Positions 10,142-16,946 of a stretch of 64,000 nucleotides of DNA are shown one piece after another (the stretch's first letter is position 1; each line of letters opens with the position of its first letter). The DNA is from a virus (Duplodnaviria > Caudoviricetes), in IMG/VR virus record IMGVR_UViG_3300028854_000488; one strand, given 5' to 3'. Under the pieces are notes generated by a model, which ran no database searches, was not told the DNA's origin, and saw only the letters and a program-made list of their open reading frames with translations. A program made the translations under genes and the position numbers.

Positions 10142-11289
10142 TGTTTGTTTTTATAACCATTATTTTTATGATCTTTAAATAAAAAATTCATTTTTTCTCT
10201 TGATGAATCGTATGCTTTAGAGTTATTTATTTTAAATTCATTTCTTGTTTGGTATTTATTTGCTTCTTCTTGTAATTTTTCAATAGTCCAATAACCAGTT
10301 CTTACTTGTTTTTCAGAATATCCTTCATTTAAATGATTTTCAAATAATTTATCTAATATTTTTTTATACCATGCAGCTTTATATGCTAATATATTATAAT
10401 TTCTAAAATCTTGTCTTGTTTTATATTTATTAGCCTCAGATTGTAATACATCAAATGTCCAATAATCATCTATAAAACCTTTATTTATATGATTTTCAAA
10501 TAATTCATCTAACATTCGTTTTTGTTGAGCAGTCCAATATGCACCATAATTTTTACTAAATTCTTTTCTAGTTTTACATGAATTCGCTAATTTTTGCAAT
10601 GATTTTTTATTCCATTTTATAGAAGCACATCCTAATGAGCCAGTTTTTGCAATATTAAACATATTCCAATTGTTATTTATATAATATTCTAACCAATATT
10701 TTTCTTGTGCTTGAGCATCTGTTGATTTTAATTCGTCTTCTAATATTTTATACTTTGGTAGAGGAATATTATTTTCTTTGCAGAATTTATTTAAAGATTC
10801 ATCAATAGAAAAAATGTGTTCGTTATCTCTTCTTTTTATATTATTTGTTAATCCAACATAAGCTCTATTAAATTCTGGTAATTCGTATACATATATAACA
10901 TAAATATTTTCTTTCCATTCAGGCTTATCTAAATATCCATTATTTTGATGATTTTCAAATAACTTATTTAATATTTTTTTACTACACGCCGTATAATATG
11001 CTGGTGAATTATTTTTTCTGAACTCCTTTCTGTTTTTATATTTATCTGCTTCTGTTTGTAATATTTCAAGTGACCATTTACTTTTATTTCCTATTTTTAT
11101 TTTACCTTCATTTTGGTGATTTTTAAATAATAATTTAAGTAAATTATTTTTAATAGAATATTTATATTCGCGTAAGTTGTTATTTCTAAAATCTTGTTGA
11201 GTTTCATATTTATTAACTAATAATTGTAATTCTTCTAATGTATAATATATTTTAGATTTTTTATTTTTTACGATTAATTTATTTTTCAA
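10138..11289 (-). CDS. GIY-YIG homing-endonuclease-like protein with tandem WT.E.LQ.EA.KY repeats
   Basis: IYVIYVYEL..FNRAYVGLTNNIKRRDNEH core; five flanking repeats. Confidence 0.75.
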   Translation of the reverse strand: MKNKLIVKNKKSKIYYTLEELQLLVNKYETQQDFRNNNLREYKYSIKNNLLKLLFKNHQNEGKIKIGNKSKWSLEILQTEADKYKNRKEFRKNNSPAYYTACSKKILNKLFENHQNNGYLDKPEWKENIYVIYVYELPEFNRAYVGLTNNIKRRDNEHIFSIDESLNKFCKENNIPLPKYKILEDELKSTDAQAQEKYWLEYYINNNWNMFNIAKTGSLGCASIKWNKKSLQKLANSCKTRKEFSKNYGAYWTAQQKRMLDELFENHINKGFIDDYWTFDVLQSEANKYKTRQDFRNYNILAYKAAWYKKILDKLFENHLNEGYSEKQVRTGYWTIEKLQEEANKYQTRNEFKINNSKAYDSSREKMNFLFKDHKNNGYKNKQ

Positions 11290-11580
11290 TTATATTTTTT
11301 TATTTTTTAAATATTGCTCTTCAATTTTTGCCCATTTCATTATTGGACACGTGCCACCAGTGTCTTTATATGTGTGATTTGTGAATATCTTTGCTCTCAA
11401 AGCGCATCCACATAGATTACATCTTGTAAATATATCAAATTCTCCTACCGCAACTGTTTCTTTATGCTCACATTCGTTACAAATTTGTATTCTTTCTGAT
11501 GCAAGTTCTGATTGTTCTAAAGTTGGATCAAAGGAAATTTTCCATGCAGTAAAAATTTCTTTTATTTTATTTATATCCAT
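11290..11580 (-). CDS. Small Cys-rich zinc-binding protein
   Basis: RIQICNECEH...RCNLCGC...CPIMKW. Confidence 0.65.
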   Translation of the reverse strand: MDINKIKEIFTAWKISFDPTLEQSELASERIQICNECEHKETVAVGEFDIFTRCNLCGCALRAKIFTNHTYKDTGGTCPIMKWAKIEEQYLKNKKI

Positions 11581-11623
11581 ATTTTTTTTATTTTATATAT
11601 AAAAACAATATGGCTATAATATA

Positions 11624-11654
11624 AAAAAAGTATATAATATTTTATATACTTTTT
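11624..11654. terminator. Intrinsic terminator-like hairpin
   Basis: AAAAAAGTATATAA-TATT-TTATATACTTTTT. Confidence 0.55.
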
Positions 11655-11655
11655 A

Positions 11656-11826
11656 TTATTCAATAATGCTCATGCCTATTTTAAATTTATAACCATCTAT
11701 ATCTATTTCATTTATTGATTCACAATCATCAATATTATCAACAAAAGATATTTCAACACTTTGAGTATTATCACAAATATAATCTTTATATTCTAATATC
11801 GCTTCTACTAATCTTTTATCATCCAT
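11656..11826 (-). CDS. 56-aa ORF resembling the extreme C-terminal domain of type-2 IleRS
   Basis: Manual translation MDDKRLVEAILEYKDYICDNTQSVEISFVDNIDDCESINEIDIDGYKFKIGMSIIE; below track length cutoff. Confidence 0.4.
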   Translation of the reverse strand: MDDKRLVEAILEYKDYICDNTQSVEISFVDNIDDCESINEIDIDGYKFKIGMSIIE

Positions 11827-11879
11827 ATTTTTATTTAAATTTTTATTTATATATTAACTTTTTATAGAATAATATATCG

Positions 11880-11959
11880 AACCTACGATGGGATTCAAAC
11901 CCACATTTACAACTTCAATTACAGTTACTTGATTCGTAGTCAAGACTGGTTACATAGGC
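11880..11959 (-). tRNA. tRNA-Arg(ACG)-like gene lacking a D-arm, long variable arm
   Basis: Acceptor GCCTATG/CGTAGGT, anticodon arm CTTGA-CTACGAA-TCAAG, T-arm GTGGG-TTTGAAT-CCCAT; only ACCAGT where the D-arm should be. Confidence 0.6.
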
Positions 11960-12582
11960 ATGTTATCGTATTTATCATTTTTTTCAATTAATTTTTGAAT
12001 TTCATTTTTAAAACAATCTCTTGCTTTTTCATTTTCATTTTTATACATATTTATAAGCCTGATATATTCTGGTATAAAATAAATGTCAACTTGCCCATAT
12101 CCTAATCCACCACAAGTTAATTCTCCAATACAGTGTTTAAAGAATATACCTTTAGTCATATATGAAGATCCAAAAATTTCTATATTAAATTTATTATCAT
12201 CATAATCATTAAATTCTTGCTCACAATCATATTCACATTTTAATAATAACATTTTATCATAGTTATTATTGTAAGGTTTTCTTGTTTTATCTGGATTTTT
12301 TAAATAAATAAATTTTTTATTATTTAAAAATGCTAATTTTAATTTTCTTTTTAACTTTATTTTTTTATTTTCTGGGAGCCAACGATATTCGACCAAATCT
12401 GTACATTTAAAATCAATTGTTAATTTAATTCCAAATATAAATTTAGATAATATTGAAAATTCAGAATAATTTTGTGGTTTAGGAATATCTAATTCAAAAT
12501 TACAATGATCACATTTTAGTATAGTTTTTATAAATTCAGAATGTATTCCTATATTATTATATCTAGCCATTATTTTACTCAA
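11950..12582 (-). CDS. Hypothetical protein
   Basis: 210-aa ORF; last codons overlap the 5' end of the tRNA-Arg-like gene. Confidence 0.65.
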   Translation of the reverse strand: MSKIMARYNNIGIHSEFIKTILKCDHCNFELDIPKPQNYSEFSILSKFIFGIKLTIDFKCTDLVEYRWLPENKKIKLKRKLKLAFLNNKKFIYLKNPDKTRKPYNNNYDKMLLLKCEYDCEQEFNDYDDNKFNIEIFGSSYMTKGIFFKHCIGELTCGGLGYGQVDIYFIPEYIRLINMYKNENEKARDCFKNEIQKLIEKNDKYDNMPM

Positions 12583-13054
12583 TAATATTGTTAATATTTA
12601 TTAATTTTTCTTTCATAGAACATCTATATTTATATTTTTTAACTCCTTCTATTTTATCATCTAAACACTGATCAATTAAATATTCAGATTGACGAATAAC
12701 ATATTCCTTATTACAATTTTCTTTATTATCTCCATAATGACTAGTATCAAAACCTATCATCCAATAATTATTGAATTTTTCATAATTATCTAATGTTACA
12801 TCTCCATCAATTGATAATCCGTCAATCCATTTTAAAAATGAATCTGAATTAAAAAGTTGTCCGTATGTTAATCCACCATGAACTCTTATATCATTTATAT
12901 CATCATATGGTTTTTTATATAATGGATGATTAGTAGGTAATAATATATAACCATTTCCCCATCCAAATTCTAACATAGAAGGATATAAACTAAATAATGA
13001 TAAATGTTTAACTAAATAATTTTCAATTACTAATGTGTAAATTCCGTATTTCAT
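12575..13054 (-). CDS. Conserved phage hypothetical protein (VHGGLTY...WxxGFDxxH type)
   Basis: GWGNGY, VHGGLTY and WMIGFDTSH motifs; ATG 13054 follows the promoter at 13073-13104. Confidence 0.65.
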   Translation of the reverse strand: MKYGIYTLVIENYLVKHLSLFSLYPSMLEFGWGNGYILLPTNHPLYKKPYDDINDIRVHGGLTYGQLFNSDSFLKWIDGLSIDGDVTLDNYEKFNNYWMIGFDTSHYGDNKENCNKEYVIRQSEYLIDQCLDDKIEGVKKYKYRCSMKEKLININNIIE

Positions 13055-13072
13055 TTTATATTTTATTAAAAA

Positions 13073-13104
13073 CAAAGATACTATTTTTTTATTAATTAAC
13101 CAAA
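13073..13104 (-). promoter_or_regulatory. Bacteroidota-type housekeeping sigma promoter
   Basis: TTTG-N20-TATCTTTG on the minus strand. Confidence 0.75.
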
Positions 13105-13123
13105 TAAATAATTAAAATATTTT

Positions 13124-13747
13124 TTAACTTTTTCCTGATATATTATCAACATTTTCTTGAATTTTATCAACATTTTCTTGTATATCATCAGTGCGAGTTT
13201 TTACGAAATTATCATTCTCTTTTACATTCTCTGTTATGTTATTAACATTTTTTTGTATATTATCAATATCAGTTTGAATATTTTTATCATTTTTGTCAAC
13301 ATTTTCCTGAATATCATCAACATTTTCCTGAATATCATCAACATTCTTTTTTATTTTATTATCTGTTTTTTCAACATCAATTTTTATATCATCAACATCT
13401 TTTTCGATATAGTCAACATCTTTTTCAATATCATCAACTTCAGTTTTAATATTTTCTGTCATTCCTTCTATTTTTTCAGATAATTCTTCAATTTTTTTAA
13501 TTATACTATCAGTCCTTTCTCCACTTATTTTAGCAATATAACCCAAAACTGGTAACGCTACACCTTGAAAAAATACGGAAACTATATATTGCATCCATGC
13601 AACTGGTCCTGAAGGCTGACTGAAAAATAATGGTATTATAACTAATAATGTTATTATCCAAAACATAGCCATACTAGATAATGAATTTGATAATATAACT
13701 GCTAAACCTTCTTGTAATGATTCAAATTTTTGTAACAATTTCTTCAT
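13124..13747 (-). CDS. Two-TM membrane protein with heptad coiled-coil repeats
   Basis: Two hydrophobic helices then (N)VDDIQEN repeats. Confidence 0.7.
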   Translation of the reverse strand: MKKLLQKFESLQEGLAVILSNSLSSMAMFWIITLLVIIPLFFSQPSGPVAWMQYIVSVFFQGVALPVLGYIAKISGERTDSIIKKIEELSEKIEGMTENIKTEVDDIEKDVDYIEKDVDDIKIDVEKTDNKIKKNVDDIQENVDDIQENVDKNDKNIQTDIDNIQKNVNNITENVKENDNFVKTRTDDIQENVDKIQENVDNISGKS

Positions 13748-13802
13748 ACTACTTTTTATCTTTATATATAAAAAATGTATAATAAATTATTTGTAAAATT
13801 AG

Positions 13803-13885
13803 TGGACTGAGAGGGATTCGAACCCACAAGCTCCGAAGAGAACGCATTTACAGTGCGGCGAGCCAACCAACTGCTCAATCAATCC
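13803..13885 (-). tRNA. tRNA-Tyr(GTA)
   Basis: Cloverleaf; loop CT-GTA-AA; long variable arm; GGTTCGAATCC. Confidence 0.92.
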
Positions 13886-13890
13886 ATTTG

Positions 13891-13963
13891 TACTCCCAGT
13901 AGGCATTGAACCTACATGACGTGCTTATAAGGCGCGCATACTTACCAATTATATGATAGGAGC
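13891..13963 (-). tRNA. tRNA-Ile(TAT)
   Basis: Acceptor GCTCCTA/TGGGAGT; loop CT-TAT-AA; GGTTCAATGCC. Confidence 0.85.
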
Positions 13964-13972
13964 ATTATTTAG

Positions 13973-14046
13973 TAGTCTCGGTGAGACTTGAACTCACGAT
14001 TTATTGCTTATCAGGCAATTGCTCTAACCAACTGAACTACAAGACT
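13973..14046 (-). tRNA. tRNA-Ile(GAT)
   Basis: ATTGC-CTGATAA-GCAAT; GAGTTCAAGTCTC. Confidence 0.92.
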
Positions 14047-14113
14047 ATATAAGTTTATTTTTATTAATCATAACATACTATTAGTATGATAATAGTCACA
14101 ATTATAAACTATG

Positions 14114-14183
14114 TACCGAATATGATGTTCGAAATCATTTGGATTTCCTTATGAGAGAAATCTCTTTTCCACTAAGCTTCGGC
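14114..14183 (-). tRNA. tRNA-Met(CAT), degenerate
   Basis: TTTCT-CTCATAA-GGAAA; T-arm ATGAT-TTCGAAC-ATCAT; weak D-arm and acceptor mismatch. Confidence 0.55.
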
Positions 14184-14196
14184 ATTATGTTTATTG

Positions 14197-14270
14197 AGGC
14201 CAAGGTGGGACTCGAACCCACACAATATAGTTTTGCAGACTATCCCCTTATTCCATTCGGGCACTCGGTC
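14197..14270 (-). tRNA. tRNA-Cys(GCA)
   Basis: ATAGT-CTGCAAA-ACTAT; GTGGGTTCGAGTCCCAC; U discriminator. Confidence 0.92.
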
Positions 14271-14278
14271 ATTTTTTG

Positions 14279-14350
14279 CGGGAGTGAGGAATCACGATAT
14301 CCTAACCTACTGGTTAACAGCCAGTTGCTCTGCCTTTGAGCTACATTCCC
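14279..14350 (-). tRNA. tRNA-Asn(GTT), atypical T-arm
   Basis: ACTGG-CTGTTAA-CCAGT; T region AGGATATCGTGATTCCT lacks TTC. Confidence 0.8.
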
Positions 14351-14361
14351 ATATATTTTTG

Positions 14362-14436
14362 CTGGAATAGTTGGATTCGAACCAATAACCCTCACTTTAA
14401 CAAAGTGCCGCTCTAACCGTTAAGAGCTACATTCCA
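14362..14436 (-). tRNA. tRNA-Asn(GTT), second copy
   Basis: CACT-TTGTTAA-AGTG; TTGGTTCGAATCCAA. Confidence 0.85.
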
Positions 14437-14444
14437 ATAATAAG

Positions 14445-14519
14445 CGGACTATAACGGTTACGGTCCGTTAATTTTACTTGAGTGACGGTCAAGTTCTCCA
14501 CCAAGGAGCCTAATAATCC
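14445..14519 (-). tRNA. tRNA-Asp(GTC), atypical
   Basis: CTTGA-CCGTCAC-TCAAG (C at position 33); T-arm AACGG-ACCGTAA-CCGTT. Confidence 0.65.
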
Positions 14520-14525
14520 ATTTTT

Positions 14526-14600
14526 TGGTACTGATTAAGAGAGTTGAACTCTTCTTGGCAGGTTGAAAACCTGTAGTCCTAACCGATAGACGAAACCAGC
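14526..14600 (-). tRNA. tRNA-Glu(TTC), CCA encoded
   Basis: CAGG-TTTTCAA-CCTG; GAGTTCAACTC; ends ACCA. Confidence 0.9.
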
Positions 14601-14614
14601 ATTAATTTATTTTG

Positions 14615-14760
14615 TGAGATGGAGGGGATTCGAACCAATTGTAATAACTTCTGTGCTTTTCATGTACACTTATTACACATATCTTAATACGTTTATTTAC
14701 CTCATTCCTTAGACACCTGGGTCCATCCCAGGCTGGCTTCACCACAACCATAGCCACCTC
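14615..14760 (-). ncRNA. 146-nt tRNA-like RNA with a large insertion
   Basis: Acceptor GAGGTGG/CCATCTC-A, hairpin CCTGG-GATGGAC-CCAGG, about 75 nt insert containing a TGTAATAA/TTATTACA stem, GGTTCGAATCC. Confidence 0.5.
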
Positions 14761-14785
14761 ATATTTATTTATTCATTATCCAGTA

Positions 14786-14797
14786 TTTCAAAGAGCA
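14786..14797 (-). promoter_or_regulatory. boxA-like antitermination site
   Basis: TGCTCTTTGAAA, similar to rrn boxA TGCTCTTTAACA, directly 5' of the tRNA run. Confidence 0.55.
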
Positions 14798-14800
14798 TTT

Positions 14801-14847
14801 AAAAACAAAAAACTCAGTTCTTATTTTTAAGAACTGAGTTTTTTTAT
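14801..14847 (-). terminator. Attenuator terminator 1 ahead of the tRNA array
   Basis: AACTCAGTTCTT-AAAAAT-AAGAACTGAGTT followed by TTTTGTTTTT. Confidence 0.85.
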
Positions 14848-14871
14848 TATTCACATAATAATTTTTTTAAC

Positions 14872-15003
14872 TTATCCAGTTCTTCGTACAATATTTTCAT
14901 CATCATTAATATAATCATTATTCATATTAATACATATCTCTTCCATATTGTAATTAATGTTACAATTGCGATAAATGCGATATATGTTATTCATGTTATT
15001 CAT
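14872..15003 (-). CDS. Putative 43-aa attenuator leader peptide
   Basis: MNNMNNIYRIYRNCNINYNMEEICINMNNDYINDDENIVRRTG; A-rich initiation region; last codons complementary to the 5' arm of the terminator. Confidence 0.7.
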   Translation of the reverse strand: MNNMNNIYRIYRNCNINYNMEEICINMNNDYINDDENIVRRTG

Positions 15004-15035
15004 AATGTTTACTTTTTTAATTTATTGTTTTTTGT

Positions 15036-15725
15036 TTATTTAAAATTCTTTATTATTCCTGATATTGTGGATTTTGAACAATCTAATAACTTAGAAATGT
15101 CTATTTGTCTTACTCCATCAATATATAATTTTTTAACAACTTCTTTATCTATTTTACTAGACATTTTTTTAAATTTTAATGATTTGTTTTTTATTAGTTC
15201 ATAATTATTATTAAAAAAATCAACATCAGAATGTTCAATTGTATGACAATTTGCACATAATATTTGACATTTATTTAATTCTTCTATTATTTCTATTCTT
15301 ATCTCTTCTATGGAAGAAATATTTTCTTTGACAAATCTAAATTCAAAATTTTTATCTTTTAAATGATGAAAATGTAATGCACTTGTTGTATTATTATATC
15401 CACATTTTTCACATCCTTTTACATTTTTATATTCTAAGAATATTTTTTTATCATTTGTTCTATATGTCTTAGGTTTATCATGAAACTCATAATGACAATT
15501 TTGACATAATAACTCACATTTTTCAACTTCTTTGAATATATTTTTCCAATTTTTACCCCACATACGAGATAATCTATATTCTTTATCTTCAGAATTCGTA
15601 TGATGAAAACATAATTTAAAAAAATTAGTTTCTCCACATTTTTTACATTTACCTCCTAAAAAATTTATTGCTTTTAATTTTTTAGCAAATCTTAAAATTT
15701 TAGTACTATACATTTTATCTGTCAT
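15036..15725 (-). CDS. Double HNH endonuclease with C-terminal HTH, inside the tRNA array
   Basis: Two CxxCG...FHH...C.LLC.NCH units; GVRQIDISKLLDCSKSTISG HTH. Confidence 0.8.
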   Translation of the reverse strand: MTDKMYSTKILRFAKKLKAINFLGGKCKKCGETNFFKLCFHHTNSEDKEYRLSRMWGKNWKNIFKEVEKCELLCQNCHYEFHDKPKTYRTNDKKIFLEYKNVKGCEKCGYNNTTSALHFHHLKDKNFEFRFVKENISSIEEIRIEIIEELNKCQILCANCHTIEHSDVDFFNNNYELIKNKSLKFKKMSSKIDKEVVKKLYIDGVRQIDISKLLDCSKSTISGIIKNFK

Positions 15726-15801
15726 AGTTCAACTTTTTATTTTATATATAAATATAAAATAATGAACTTTTTATAAAATGTATAATTTTTTATTTATTTG
15801 T

Positions 15802-15870
15802 TGCGTGGAGGTAGATTCGAACTCCTACTTCAGCTTATGAGACTGATATGTTACCATTACAATATCCCGC
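15802..15870 (-). tRNA. tRNA-Met(CAT), imperfect acceptor stem
   Basis: TCAGT-CTCATAA-GCTGA; GTTCGAATC. Confidence 0.65.
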
Positions 15871-15884
15871 ATTTTTTATTATTG

Positions 15885-15955
15885 TTGCGATCGTAGGATT
15901 CGGACCTCGTTTCAGGGTTATGAGCCCTATATGCTGCCATTGCATCACCATCGCG
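15885..15955 (-). tRNA. Initiator-type tRNA-fMet(CAT)
   Basis: TAGGG-CTCATAA-CCCTG with three consecutive G-C pairs; C1-A72 mismatch. Confidence 0.7.
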
Positions 15956-15962
15956 ATATATT

Positions 15963-16352
15963 TTAATTTTTTTCTTTATCAATTTTTTTATAGAGTTTTT
16001 TAGCAATTTCTTTTGCTTTTGAACTCATACCTTTTTCTGTTTTAGGAACTTCTTTATCGTCAATTTTGATTTTATCAGCAAACATTATAAATTTTTCAGT
16101 TCTATCAGATTTTCTTTTCAGTTCATCGTAATTTTCTTGAATTTTATTTACTACTTTTACTGACTCATCAATTTTTTTTTCTTTACTTTTAATTTCGTTA
16201 TAATAATTTTGAATATTTATTATTTCTTCTTTAACGCTTTGATGTCTTTCAACATTTTTTTCTTTTTTACGTTTTTTTTCTTCTTTTATATTTTGAAGTT
16301 TACTATTTTCTATTTTTTTATCTTCTAATAATTTCTTAACAAATTTATTCAT
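15963..16352 (-). CDS. Lys/Glu-rich coiled-coil hypothetical protein
   Basis: ATG 16352 (MNKFVKK) lies just after terminator 2; the track start at 16367 is inside the hairpin. Confidence 0.6.
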   Translation of the reverse strand: MNKFVKKLLEDKKIENSKLQNIKEEKKRKKEKNVERHQSVKEEIINIQNYYNEIKSKEKKIDESVKVVNKIQENYDELKRKSDRTEKFIMFADKIKIDDKEVPKTEKGMSSKAKEIAKKLYKKIDKEKN

Positions 16353-16385
16353 AAAAAAACCAGTCATTTTTTAATGACTGGTTTT
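16353..16385 (-). terminator. Attenuator terminator 2
   Basis: AAAACCAGTCATT-AAAA-AATGACTGGTTTTTTT. Confidence 0.8.
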
Positions 16386-16414
16386 GTATAATTTTAGGCA
16401 TATAAGCCTGAATT

Positions 16415-16492
16415 TTAAATTCCAGTCAATTGTGATGTATCATCATTAATGATATTTTCGTTACACATTTCTATATATAAATTTTGATACAT
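16415..16492 (-). CDS. Putative 25-aa attenuator leader peptide 2
   Basis: MYQNLYIEMCNENIINDDTSQLTGI; TGACTGG near its end is complementary to terminator arm CCAGTCA. Confidence 0.55.
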   Translation of the reverse strand: MYQNLYIEMCNENIINDDTSQLTGI

Positions 16493-16576
16493 TTTGTTTT
16501 CTTTTTTATTTTTTTTTTAGTCTTTCTTATATATAATAGAAAAAAAGTCATTTTTTTCTATTTTTAATTTGTAGTA

Positions 16577-16608
16577 CAAAAGTAATACAAAGTTTTTAAT
16601 CTACCAAA
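16577..16608 (-). promoter_or_regulatory. Bacteroidota-type promoter driving leader 2 and the tRNA region
   Basis: TTTG-N20-TACTTTTG. Confidence 0.75.
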
Positions 16609-16686
16609 TGTTTTTAAACTTATTTAAAAAATAACCTTTCTTTTCAGTGAAGAAAAAAAAGGTTTAGTTTTTATACTTTTTAATTT

Positions 16687-16866
16687 TTACAACGAAACTT
16701 CTTCTTTTTTCATTGTATAAAATGTAAGTCCACCTTTTTCTTTTCCAACACCAGGTACAGTCATAAAATTATTAAAATTTACACTTTTTTTTACTGAATG
16801 ATATTCATTTTTAGTCAAAAAGAAAACTTTTGCTGATTTAGATGAATTTTCTGAATTTGTTGTCAT
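16687..16866 (-). CDS. 59-aa hypothetical protein
   Basis: Manual translation MTTNSENSSKSAKVFFLTKNEY...KKEEVSL; follows the promoter at 16915-16946. Confidence 0.5.
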   Translation of the reverse strand: MTTNSENSSKSAKVFFLTKNEYHSVKKSVNFNNFMTVPGVGKEKGGLTFYTMKKEEVSL

Positions 16867-16914
16867 AATAGTTGAATTTAAATTGTTTAAATGTTTGTTG
16901 TTTTAATTACACTA

Positions 16915-16946
16915 CAAATGTACTTCGAATACTTTTATGTACCAAA
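16915..16946 (-). promoter_or_regulatory. Bacteroidota-type promoter
   Basis: TTTG-N20-TACATTTG. Confidence 0.75.

Noticed and set aside
13157-13483. Shadow ORFs antisense to real genes (e.g. 51-257, 3955-4185, 5249-5512, 13157-13483, 14139-14339, 17908-18102, 36381-36743, 40201-40449, 48206-48475, 54885-55466, 54917-55357, 61322-61570, 63441-63626)
   Set aside because: They overlap better-supported genes or tRNAs and have the F/I/L/S-rich composition expected from reverse-complemented AT-rich codons.
14615-14760. tmRNA
   Set aside because: Only 146 nt, no G3-U70 pair and no convincing tag reading frame.
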